A stretch of 64,000 nt of DNA, from positions 960,001 through 1,024,000 of the forward strand of contig OZ245742.1 of NCBI GenBank assembly GCA_965227295.1, given 5' to 3'. Made by a program: the position numbers and the translations under genes. This stretch comes from Leptonemataceae bacterium (lineage in GTDB: Bacteria > Spirochaetota > Leptospiria > Leptospirales > Leptonemataceae). The notes under the pieces were generated by a model. The model had not been told where the DNA came from, searched no databases, and saw only the letters and a program-made list of their open reading frames with translations. Below, one piece after another: positions 39,954-48,970 of the stretch; within the stretch, counting starts at the first letter, position 1; each line of letters begins with the position of its first letter.

Positions 39954-40793
39954 ATGGCAGACGAACTCTCTCGCACTCTCCAGGGCCTTTTTGCCGGCCG
40001 CGGTCCCGCGCTCATCGGCGGCGCCGTTGTGGTGTTGATCGTTTTATTTTTGCTCAATCCTTTTGTAATCGTCGGGGCCGGCGAACGCGGCGTCGTTTTG
40101 AACTTCGGTAAGGTTCAGGAAAACGTACTCGGAGAAGGCCTGCATTTGAAGATCCCCTTCGTGCAAACCGTCGTCATCATGGACGTCAAGATTCAGAAAG
40201 ATCAGATCGAAGCCGCCGCATCCACTCGCGATTTACAGGACACGGCCAGCACGGTGGCCATCAACTATCGTGTCGTTCCGGAAAACGCAAACAAGATCTA
40301 TCAGGAAGTCGGCCTCGCTTACCGGACGCGTATCATCGACCCGGGCGTTCAGGAAACTGTGAAGGCGGTCACCGCGCGTTACAACGCGGCGGAACTGATC
40401 ACCCAGCGTAGCGAAGTCGGCCTGGAAATTCGCGAAACCATGAAGGAACGGCTCCGGCCCTACAACATCGAGGTTACGGACTTCGCAATCGTCAACTTTT
40501 CGTTCTCCGAACAGTTTACCCAGGCCATCGAAGACAAACAAACCGCGGAACAGCGGGCCTTAAAGGCCGAGCAGGATCTCAAGCGCATCGAAATTGAAGC
40601 GAAGCAGAAGGTCGAACTGGCCCGCGCCGAGGCCGAGTCGTTGCGTTTGCAACGCGCGGTCATTTCGCCGCAGGTGATCCAGCTCCGCGAGATCGAAGCG
40701 CGCATTAAGGCCATTGAGAAATGGAACGGCACGTTGCCGCGAGTAACCGGAGGCGTGTTGCCGTTTCTCGATGTCGAGGGCGATGTGCGATAA
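39954..40793 (+). CDS. SPFH/prohibitin family protein
   Basis: GERGVV..FGKV...EGLHLKIPF, DLQ, AIEDKQTAEQ, IEKWNG. Confidence 0.92.
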   Translation: MADELSRTLQGLFAGRGPALIGGAVVVLIVLFLLNPFVIVGAGERGVVLNFGKVQENVLGEGLHLKIPFVQTVVIMDVKIQKDQIEAAASTRDLQDTASTVAINYRVVPENANKIYQEVGLAYRTRIIDPGVQETVKAVTARYNAAELITQRSEVGLEIRETMKERLRPYNIEVTDFAIVNFSFSEQFTQAIEDKQTAEQRALKAEQDLKRIEIEAKQKVELARAEAESLRLQRAVISPQVIQLREIEARIKAIEKWNGTLPRVTGGVLPFLDVEGDVR

Positions 40794-40829
40794 GCCAGGA
40801 ACAGCGGCGTAATTCGTAGAGCGCAAGGG

Positions 40830-42611
40830 CTAGCCACCCGGAGCCAGGCTTGTTCGAAACTGCAGCTCCGCCAGCCGCGCGTACAACGGCGACATCGTTA
40901 ATAGTTCTTCGTGAGAACCTAACGCCACGATCCGCCCGTGATCGAGCACGGCAATGCGATGCGCGTCGCGGACCGTGGCGAGGCGGTGCGCTATCACGAG
41001 CGTCGTGCGGTTCTGCATCAGTTCCGTGAGGGCCTGCTGGACCATGAACTCACTCTCGGCATCCAGGGCCGACGTCGCTTCGTCCAGCAGCAGCACCCGC
41101 GGATCTTTCAAGATCGCCCGCGCCACGGCAATGCGCTGGCGCTGCCCGCCGGATAGTCGCACGCCGCGCTCACCGACGAACGTGGCGTAACCCTCCGGCA
41201 GACGATCTATGAACTCGGCGGCATACGCCGCTGTCGCCGCGTCCCGAACCTCCGCATCGCTCGCATCGGGACGACCGTAACGAATGTTGTCCGCCACCGT
41301 TCCGGTAAAGAGCGCCGGCTGTTGCGGGACAATGCCGATGTGCTTGCGTAATTCGTGCGGATCCAGGCTGCGAATGTCTACATCGTCAAGTAAGATGTGA
41401 CCGCCCGCAGGATCGTAAAAGCGCAACAACAGATCAAAGAGGGTGGACTTACCGGCCCCGCTGGGGCCAACCAGGGCCAGGGTCTCGCCGGGCTCCGCGT
41501 CCAGGTCCAGGTCGTCGATGGCGGCCGCCTCGGGACGCGAATCATAAAAAAACTTTAAGTTTCGCGCGACAAGCCGGCCGCGCACAACGACGGGCAGGCG
41601 GGCCGGCGTTTCGGGAACGGTGATGAGGTTCTCCGCCTCGTAGAGTTCCGCCAGACGTTCCGTCGCCCCGGCCGCCCGTTGTAGCTCGCCGATCACCTCG
41701 CTCACCGCGCCCACGGACGCGCCCACCATGAACGCGTAAAAGCCGAAGGCGAGCAGCTGGCCGCCGGTCTTGTGGCCGTCGATCACGTCCTGCCCGCCGA
41801 TCCAGATCATCGCACACAACGAACCGACCACGAACAGAATCACCACCGCGATCAAGAACGAGCGCTGGCGAATGCGGCGGCGCGCCGTATCAAAGGCCGC
41901 CTCGACGCGCTCGCTGAATCGTGTGCGGTCGTGTTCCTGATGATTGTAGGCCTGTACCGTTTTGATGTTCTGTAAGGCCTCGCCCACGTACGAACCCACG
42001 TCCGCCATGCGGTCCTGGGCCGAGCGGGACAGCTTGCGCACCCGGCGGCCGAAGATCAAGATCGGCGCTACGACCAGCGGCACGCCTAAAAGTACGATCA
42101 ACGTAAGCTTAAGATCCGTGAGGAACATCAGCACGAGGCCGCCGAGAAAGACGATGGCATTGCGCAGCGCAATCGAAACCGAGGAACCGATGACCGACTG
42201 AATCAACGTCGTATCCGTGGTGATGCGCGACTGAATCTCGCCGCTGCTGTTCATTTCGAAGAAGCCGGGATGCAGTGAAATGACGCGGTCGAATACGGCC
42301 TTGCGAATATCCGCCGTCGCTCGTTCGCCGATCCAGGAGACGAGATAGTGCCGCACGTACGTACCGACCGACAGCAAAAACGCGATACCGATAAACATCA
42401 ACACCGCGCGGTCCAGAAGTTCCTGAGAGCCCTCGCCGAAACCCTCGTCCACCAGGAAACGCAGGCCCTGGCCGAGACTCAGGGTGATGCCGCTGGTAAA
42501 CAGCAGAGCGAGAGACGCAAGAAAGATGGTGCCGCCGTAGGGTCGGAGAAAACCCAGGGCGAACGTAAGGCTGCGTAGATTCTTGCTGGAAGGGCGGTTC
42601 GCGTCGATCAT
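40830..42611 (-). CDS. ABC exporter, fused permease/ATPase (MsbA-like)
   Basis: GPSGAGKST, LSGGQRQR, LLLDEATSALD, IAHRL; N-terminal TMD. Confidence 0.93.
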   Translation of the reverse strand: MIDANRPSSKNLRSLTFALGFLRPYGGTIFLASLALLFTSGITLSLGQGLRFLVDEGFGEGSQELLDRAVLMFIGIAFLLSVGTYVRHYLVSWIGERATADIRKAVFDRVISLHPGFFEMNSSGEIQSRITTDTTLIQSVIGSSVSIALRNAIVFLGGLVLMFLTDLKLTLIVLLGVPLVVAPILIFGRRVRKLSRSAQDRMADVGSYVGEALQNIKTVQAYNHQEHDRTRFSERVEAAFDTARRRIRQRSFLIAVVILFVVGSLCAMIWIGGQDVIDGHKTGGQLLAFGFYAFMVGASVGAVSEVIGELQRAAGATERLAELYEAENLITVPETPARLPVVVRGRLVARNLKFFYDSRPEAAAIDDLDLDAEPGETLALVGPSGAGKSTLFDLLLRFYDPAGGHILLDDVDIRSLDPHELRKHIGIVPQQPALFTGTVADNIRYGRPDASDAEVRDAATAAYAAEFIDRLPEGYATFVGERGVRLSGGQRQRIAVARAILKDPRVLLLDEATSALDAESEFMVQQALTELMQNRTTLVIAHRLATVRDAHRIAVLDHGRIVALGSHEELLTMSPLYARLAELQFRTSLAPGG

Positions 42612-42637
42612 GTTTGTTAATCTTACAAAGGTTGCAC

Positions 42638-43522
42638 TTAAGGGGACGGTGTATTGCGCAGATAGTAGCGATCGATCGTACGAAACGGACGCCAGCCGCG
42701 AAACTCGTCCGGCATCACGCCGTCCAGACGCTCACGAACGGCCTGCATGGTTTCGAGCTCATCCGCCTCGATTTTGTGAAAGCCGCGTTCGCCGAGCAGC
42801 GCTTCGGTAAGCCGGTCCTGCCCGGAATCTCCGGCAATCAGAAAGACCAGGCTCGCGCCGGTGACACCCAACTCCCGGCGTTCCAGAAGTGCGTCCAGGA
42901 TCTCTACACGATACTCCGGTTTCTCGTTCGGGGCGATGAAAAGATCGTACAAAAAAATAACGCCGTCCCTGGGCATGGCCTGCACGCCGCCGCGCGCTCG
43001 CATGTGCTGCTCACCGATGAACGAGACGCCGTGAGATAACAGCCGCGAGTACCGCAGGTAACTCAAATTCTCTTCCGGCGACGCCTGCTGTTTCCAGGCA
43101 AAGAGGCGTTCGCGTTCCTCGCGGTCCGTGCCGGCGCGACGCAAATCGAAGTGCCGATAACGCGCTCGCATCCACATACCGGCAGTAACGATCAGCGACA
43201 CCAGGCCCTGGATGATCAGACTCCGCGCGATGCCGGACCAGCCTTCGTTTTCGAACAGGATGGAGTGCTCCGGGTTTATGAGCGGAAAGACCGACACCGC
43301 GAGAAATTCCGCGGCGAGCAGGATCGGCAGCAGGGACAGCAAATGTCGGGCCTCCAAATGCGGCCAGAACAGCGCGAACAGCGCGAGCAAAAACGACGCC
43401 CAGAAAAAGCCGGCCGCGTGCGCGGGGCCGTCGGTGAGAAAGGGCAACGCCGTCGGCGCCAGAAGAACACCGACGTGCAAGAGTACGCCGATGAGAATAT
43501 AGAGCGCGGGCCAGAGTTTCAT
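42638..43522 (-). CDS. Hypothetical membrane protein, possibly with a GNAT-like C-terminal fold
   Basis: 4 N-terminal TM helices, then FLYDLFIAP...LLGERGFH; no firm family. Confidence 0.55.
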   Translation of the reverse strand: MKLWPALYILIGVLLHVGVLLAPTALPFLTDGPAHAAGFFWASFLLALFALFWPHLEARHLLSLLPILLAAEFLAVSVFPLINPEHSILFENEGWSGIARSLIIQGLVSLIVTAGMWMRARYRHFDLRRAGTDREERERLFAWKQQASPEENLSYLRYSRLLSHGVSFIGEQHMRARGGVQAMPRDGVIFLYDLFIAPNEKPEYRVEILDALLERRELGVTGASLVFLIAGDSGQDRLTEALLGERGFHKIEADELETMQAVRERLDGVMPDEFRGWRPFRTIDRYYLRNTPSP

Positions 43523-43610
43523 GCGGAATCGGGATGCGTAAGATTTTTAGGTTGACCGGAACCGGGACCGGCGGCGTTCCATCGTTCCCAACACAGCGGA
43601 GAAGGCAAAC

Positions 43611-44903
43611 ATGAAACTCGAAACTATAGCACTACACGGCGGCCAGGAAATCGATCCGACCACAAACTCCCGGGCCCTGCCCATCTACCAGACCACGTCC
43701 TACGTTTTCAACGACGCCGATCACGCGGCGAACCTCTTTGCATTGAAAGAGTTCGGCAACATCTACACGCGCATCATGAATCCGACGACGGACGTCCTCG
43801 AAAAGCGCATCGCCGCGCTGGAAGGCGGCGTGGCCGGCGTGGCCACGTCCTCGGGCCAGGCCGCGGAGACTCTCGGCATTCTCAACATCACGGAGACCGG
43901 CGACGAGATCGTGTCGTCCTCGCAGCTCTACGGCGGCACGTACAATCTCTTCCACTATACGTTCCCGAAGATGGGCATCAAAGTAAAGTTTGTCGATCCC
44001 CGGGATCCTCAAAATTTCAAGAATGCCATCACGGATAAGACGCGCCTCATCTTCGTGGAAACCCTGCCGAACCCGGCCCTGGAAGTTCCGGACTTCCAGG
44101 CCATCGCGGACATCGCCCACGCCGAGGGCCTGCCGCTCATGGTGGACAACACCGCGGCGTCACCGTTTCTCTGCCGGCCCATCGAACACGGGGCGGACCT
44201 CATCATCCACTCCACCACGAAGTTTCTCGGCGGCCACGGCACGTCCATCGGCGGCATGATCATCGACTCCGGCAAATTCGCCTGGAACCAGGGGCGCCAC
44301 CCCATGATGACCACACCGGACGCGAGCTATCACGGACTGAACTACTGGGACGTCTTCGGAAACTTCGAACCCTTCGGCGGCGCGAACATCGCTTACATCA
44401 TCAAGGTACGCGTGCAGGGCCTGCGAGACATCGGGGCCGCGGCTTCTCCCATGAATGCCTGGCTGACGCTACAGGGGATCGAGACGCTGCATCTGCGCAT
44501 GGAACGCCACTGTGAGAACGCGATGAAAGTCGCGGAGTTCCTGAAGTCGCATTCGAAAGTGAAATGGGTCAACTATCCCGGCCTGAGCGATCATCGCTCG
44601 CATAGCATGTTTAAGAAGTACTTTCGCCCGAACTGCTACGGCGCGTTGCTCGGCTTCGGCATCGACGGCGGGCTCGCGGCGGGACGCAAGTTCATCGAGA
44701 AATTGCAGATGGTCTCGCACCTGGCGAACATCGGCGACGCGAAGTCACTGGCGATTCACCCGGCTTCGACGACGCACTCCCAGCTCACTCCCGAAGAACA
44801 AGAGAGCACCGGTGTAACCGACGATTATGTGCGGTTAAGCATCGGCATCGAAGCCTACGAGGACATCGAAGCGGATCTCAAGCAAGCACTCGACGCGGTG
44901 TAA
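43611..44903 (+). CDS. metY: O-acetylhomoserine aminocarboxypropyltransferase (sulfhydrylase)
   Basis: [30 protein letters not shown] (PLP Lys), [20 protein letters not shown]. Confidence 0.93.
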   Translation: MKLETIALHGGQEIDPTTNSRALPIYQTTSYVFNDADHAANLFALKEFGNIYTRIMNPTTDVLEKRIAALEGGVAGVATSSGQAAETLGILNITETGDEIVSSSQLYGGTYNLFHYTFPKMGIKVKFVDPRDPQNFKNAITDKTRLIFVETLPNPALEVPDFQAIADIAHAEGLPLMVDNTAASPFLCRPIEHGADLIIHSTTKFLGGHGTSIGGMIIDSGKFAWNQGRHPMMTTPDASYHGLNYWDVFGNFEPFGGANIAYIIKVRVQGLRDIGAAASPMNAWLTLQGIETLHLRMERHCENAMKVAEFLKSHSKVKWVNYPGLSDHRSHSMFKKYFRPNCYGALLGFGIDGGLAAGRKFIEKLQMVSHLANIGDAKSLAIHPASTTHSQLTPEEQESTGVTDDYVRLSIGIEAYEDIEADLKQALDAV

Positions 44904-44917
44904 CGAGCACGGGATTC

Positions 44918-45041
44918 ACTCCGAGGAACCGAGGAACCGAGATTCAAAGAAAGGCCAGGGGCCTGACCACCTGCGTTCGCATGACCGCGTTCAGCGAACG
45001 CAGGCTCTCCCAAAGAAACTCGGCGCCTCGGTCCTCGGAGT
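44918..45041. repeat. REP/MITE-like nested inverted repeat between convergent genes
   Basis: Outer arms actccgaggaaccgaggaaccgag (44918-44941) and ctcggcgcctcggtcctcggagt (45019-45041); inner perfect 11-bp stem cctgcgttcgc (44970-44980)/gcgaacgcagg (44994-45004). Confidence 0.65.
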
Positions 45042-45048
45042 CATTGTT

Positions 45049-45474
45049 TTAGCGGACGGCGAAGCGCCGAAAATCAAACGCCGCCGCGTCACCGCCACTC
45101 ACCACCGTCGCAATAAATCGGCGTAGCTCCTCATCCGCCAGGTGGGCCATCACGTCGCGCACGATGCGGAGACCGTGAGATCTACCGACGAAGCCCCGCA
45201 TCGCCTGTAGACCGAAGTGCCGGCCCGTCTCGCCGCGATCCCAGTTCTCCGCCCAGAACTGCGCCTCAAACAGGCCGCGCCGATTGTTCCAATGCGCCAG
45301 ACCGAAGCTCAGCGAGTAGAACTCCATCACCGTGACACGTCCGCTTTCGCCGACCACAAACACCGCGCCGTGGGAACTGTTGCCGCGATCGTTTCGCGCT
45401 TCAAAAACGTACTTCGTACCAAGGGGATGCTCCGCCGCCGCGGCGAAGCAAAGTTTCGGGGATTGTGAAATCAT
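45049..45474 (-). CDS. Hypothetical protein
   Basis: 141-aa ORF with strong SD GGAGG before the ATG; no recognisable motif. Confidence 0.6.
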   Translation of the reverse strand: MISQSPKLCFAAAAEHPLGTKYVFEARNDRGNSSHGAVFVVGESGRVTVMEFYSLSFGLAHWNNRRGLFEAQFWAENWDRGETGRHFGLQAMRGFVGRSHGLRIVRDVMAHLADEELRRFIATVVSGGDAAAFDFRRFAVR

Positions 45475-45643
45475 ATCGAACCTCCCGGTTGTGGCGAATA
45501 CCTGCGGACAACCTTACAGGAGACGGATGGTTCGAGAAATTTCTTATAGCGTGAAGGGTGTATTTTTGCGGAACGGGAAGCCTAAAGATAACTCCGAGGT
45601 CCGGGGCATCGAGGGAAAATCTCGGAGAAGATATATTGCTTCT

Positions 45644-47005
45644 TCAGTGCTGAAAATCGTAGATGCTCCCGAGATCGAGAAGCTCCGTCAGCTCATCCAG
45701 CGCTCGGCGATTGTCGTCCAGCAATTGCGGGTCACGCAGCTCCGCCGGGCTCAGGCTCTCGCGATAGTTGCGGGAAATCCACTCCCCCAGTTTCGTAAAC
45801 ATTGCGTCATCGAACATTACGCCCGGGTGCACGGCCCCGGCGTCTTCATTGCCCAGGGCCACGCGTAAACGCAAACACGCCGGACCGCCGCCGTTACGCA
45901 TGCTCTGACGAAGATCGACGAACACGATCTTCGAGAACGGTTGCTCCTCTCCGATGGTCGTACCGGTGCCTTCCAGGGCCGCGAGCAGCGAACGAACGTT
46001 CTCGTGTTCTTCACATTCCTGCGGCGCCACCAGGATCCGCGCCCCGTCCCCGGCACGCACGATCTGAGAGTTGAACAGATACGTGCGCACCGCCTCACCC
46101 AGGCTCAAATCCTGCTCTTCAATGCAGACGGTTAACAGCTCGCGACCGCAAGTTTGCGCGAAACTCTCCCGGATTACGTCCGCATCCCACTCGCCGCCGG
46201 CAAAGGCGCGCTCATGGTACAGCAGGAGATCCCGATCCCCCACGGCAATGACGTCATTGTGAAAGACCCCGGCGTCCACCGCCTCCGGGTGCTGCTGCAG
46301 CAATACGGAGCGCTCTACTTCCAGGCCGTGCAGTCGAATCACGGCCTCGCTCGCTTCACGTAATTGACGCGCCGGAAACTTCTTCGGCCCGCCGCCCCCG
46401 TGCAACGCCGCCCCGTAGACGAAAACCTCAATGCCCGGGTCTGCGTATCGCGCACAGAGACGAGTATGATTCGCTGCGCCCTCGTCGCCGAAGACGGCCG
46501 GCAGCGGATCGTGATGGGAAAACTTAGCTTTATCTGAAAATATCTTACGCAGGATCCGGGACGTCGTCTCCGCCTCCATTGATCGATGCACTTCCTTGCT
46601 CAGGTTCGCCGGCGTAAAGTGCGTGCGCCCGTCGACGGTATCGGCGGCGGGGGAGATGGTCGCGGCGTTGGCCGTCCACATCGACGCGGCGCTGCACGCG
46701 CGAAAAAAAATCTCCGGCGCGTCTCGATGCGCACGATCGATGACGCGAGCGTCGCTCCCGGTAAACCCGAGGGAACGCAGGAACCGAACGGCCGGGCGAT
46801 CGTGAGGCGGCAGTACCGCCTGGGGCACACCAAGATCGTGGAGGCGTTTCATTTTGCGCAGGCCTTGCAACGCCGCTTCCCGCGGCCGGGACTCGTCGGC
46901 GCGATGGCTCATGGAGGCGACGTTGCCGAAGGAGAGGCCGCCGTAGTTGTGCGTGGGACCGACGATGCCGTCGAAGTTGATTTCTATGCCGTCGCCCGTG
47001 CTCAT
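45644..47005 (-). CDS. astB: N-succinylarginine dihydrolase
   Basis: EINFDGIVGPTHNYGGLSFGN, SAASMWTANAAT, GDEGAANH, GVFHNDVI, QSMRNGGGPACLRLRV; ATG at 47005. Confidence 0.95.
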   Translation of the reverse strand: MSTGDGIEINFDGIVGPTHNYGGLSFGNVASMSHRADESRPREAALQGLRKMKRLHDLGVPQAVLPPHDRPAVRFLRSLGFTGSDARVIDRAHRDAPEIFFRACSAASMWTANAATISPAADTVDGRTHFTPANLSKEVHRSMEAETTSRILRKIFSDKAKFSHHDPLPAVFGDEGAANHTRLCARYADPGIEVFVYGAALHGGGGPKKFPARQLREASEAVIRLHGLEVERSVLLQQHPEAVDAGVFHNDVIAVGDRDLLLYHERAFAGGEWDADVIRESFAQTCGRELLTVCIEEQDLSLGEAVRTYLFNSQIVRAGDGARILVAPQECEEHENVRSLLAALEGTGTTIGEEQPFSKIVFVDLRQSMRNGGGPACLRLRVALGNEDAGAVHPGVMFDDAMFTKLGEWISRNYRESLSPAELRDPQLLDDNRRALDELTELLDLGSIYDFQH

Positions 47006-47009
47006 GACC

Positions 47010-48125
47010 TCAGCCGTTCGCGGGACTCTCGCTGTTCTCGCTCGATGCGAAGCGCATGGCCAGGCTCCGCGGGCGCGCCGCCACGTACCGCACGATGTCA
47101 CCGACGGTGACGCCCAGGGTTTCCGCCGCGGCACGATGCAAAATCACACCGCCGCCCGGTGCACGCCGAACCCGACCCGCGCATGCGCGAAAGCCTTCAA
47201 GGCGATTGTTGGCGACGAAGTACGTCTCGGACTCATCGGCCAGTCCGGAGCGCAGCACCATCTCGTCGTTCGCATTCTCGCTGTCTTCTACGGCTTCCAC
47301 CTGGCCGCGCATGCTCTCTTTCACACTGCGAATCTCTCGCGTGGGACAGATGTGCAACGGGCCGGCGTCGAAGATGTCCACCATGTTGCTGAAGCGAAAG
47401 CCTTCCTGTTCCAGCAGGTGCTTTGCCCCCGCGGTGCGTTCGTGAACCTGACCGATGGTCTTGCGCGCGTTCTCCGGCAACAACATCGTGTACACCGGAT
47501 AGCGCGGCAGGAGTTCGGCGATGAAACTTTTGTCTTTCGCGGACATATAATCCGCGAGAGGGAATTCTATGTTAAAGAAATGCCGGCCCAGGCCGTCCCA
47601 GAACGGCGAGCTGCCGGACTCGTTCGACGTGCCGCGGAACTCGACGATGACTTCGTCCTCGAAGCGTGTGGGAAACTCGGCCATGAACAAAAAGCGCGCG
47701 AGCGATAACAGCCGGCCCAGGCCGCGCCCCCGGTACTCCGTATTCATGTAAAGTGCCACAATCTCAGTGGGTCCGCTGTGCTCGGCGACCAGATGCAGAA
47801 TCTGCAACTCGCTGCGAATATTCAGCGTGCGAGACTCGTGCACCTCACTCTCCATGCGATACGAATAAAACGGATCGAAGCCGCCCACCTTCGCCGCGAT
47901 GCCGCAGGCACCGGCCAGCTTGCCGTTCTCCGGGTCTTCCAGTACAAAGAAGTAGTACTCGTCCCCCGGACGCGACGTGACTTTATCGAACGAACGCGCG
48001 GAGTGATACACGCGCTCGCTCAGGAGATCGCGATCCTTGGGAAGCGAGGTCAGTCCGAAGGAACTCTGGCGCGAGAGTTCGTACAGCGCGTCGACATCTT
48101 CCGGTCTGGACGGGCGAATCAGCAT
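47010..48125 (-). CDS. astA: Arginine N-succinyltransferase
   Basis: GLTSLP, PFYSY, LSLARFLF, SPFWDGLGRHFF, LLEQEGF, DIFDAGP. Confidence 0.95.
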   Translation of the reverse strand: MLIRPSRPEDVDALYELSRQSSFGLTSLPKDRDLLSERVYHSARSFDKVTSRPGDEYYFFVLEDPENGKLAGACGIAAKVGGFDPFYSYRMESEVHESRTLNIRSELQILHLVAEHSGPTEIVALYMNTEYRGRGLGRLLSLARFLFMAEFPTRFEDEVIVEFRGTSNESGSSPFWDGLGRHFFNIEFPLADYMSAKDKSFIAELLPRYPVYTMLLPENARKTIGQVHERTAGAKHLLEQEGFRFSNMVDIFDAGPLHICPTREIRSVKESMRGQVEAVEDSENANDEMVLRSGLADESETYFVANNRLEGFRACAGRVRRAPGGGVILHRAAAETLGVTVGDIVRYVAARPRSLAMRFASSENSESPANG

Positions 48126-48179
48126 GGCGCTGCAAGATTGAACCGGCGCCGAAGACCGTGCAACAACTTCTCCGGCGGC

Positions 48180-48899
48180 TCAGTCCCGGAAAGCCGCGGC
48201 CGGACCGAGCAGAAAAATCTCACCGACGGTCTCGCCGTCCTCGCCTGCCGGCGGAGAATACGGAGCGATCCGCCGCTGCTCTCCATCCACGACGAGCCTG
48301 CCGATCACGGAGTAGGTCGCCTCCGGATCGTAGGGATACGCAAGCAAACGCACACGCTCGCATTCGTGTCGGGGCGCATCGACGCAGTACTTGTTGAAGT
48401 AGAAGTACGTGCCGTCGTGATGCATGCGCTGATTCGGTACGAGATCCTCAGTCGTGATCGCGCGCTCCGGAATACCTCGAACCTCCCAGCCGGCCCGCAC
48501 GGAGTATTCGCCGGCGTCCGTGACTAATGTAAGATCAGCATAACCTTCGCGATTCGGCACGAAGCTGCGGCGATTGCGATTGCCCGCGCAACCGGGTGTC
48601 TGGTGGACGTCCAGGTCCGGCGTGCCGGTCCAGTTGGAAGTGCAACCCTCTTCACCGGCTGTGCCGCTTTGCTGATAGGCATACACCTGCACGCTGCGTT
48701 TCCAGTGAGCGTAGCGACCGTACTGAAAAAAGACGGAGTCGCCCGCGGGTTCGGCCCGGAGCCGGCCCGTGGCGATGACCAGGTCGCCGGGCTGCGCTTC
48801 GGAGACCGGCACGGCGTTGTCCATGGGATCGCCCGGACCGCAGGACGCGAAAAGGGAACAGCAGATGAGTAGTACAGGAATGAAAATGTTACGAGTCAT
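48180..48899 (-). CDS. Lipoprotein with a TMEM43/DUF1625-like domain
   Basis: Lipobox FASC; GDLVIATG...D..F...WKRSVQVYAYQQ and YSVIG resemble TMEM43-family segments. Confidence 0.5.
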   Translation of the reverse strand: MTRNIFIPVLLICCSLFASCGPGDPMDNAVPVSEAQPGDLVIATGRLRAEPAGDSVFFQYGRYAHWKRSVQVYAYQQSGTAGEEGCTSNWTGTPDLDVHQTPGCAGNRNRRSFVPNREGYADLTLVTDAGEYSVRAGWEVRGIPERAITTEDLVPNQRMHHDGTYFYFNKYCVDAPRHECERVRLLAYPYDPEATYSVIGRLVVDGEQRRIAPYSPPAGEDGETVGEIFLLGPAAAFRD

Positions 48900-48970
48900 G
48901 AAAACGATATGTAAGACTTATGTCTCAAAACAACACGACAAGTAAAAAACATGGCCGGCGTGTTAGTACA

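Noticed and set aside
43523-43610. SAM riboswitch or T-box upstream of metY
   Set aside because: The spacer is under 90 bp and lacks the conserved motifs.
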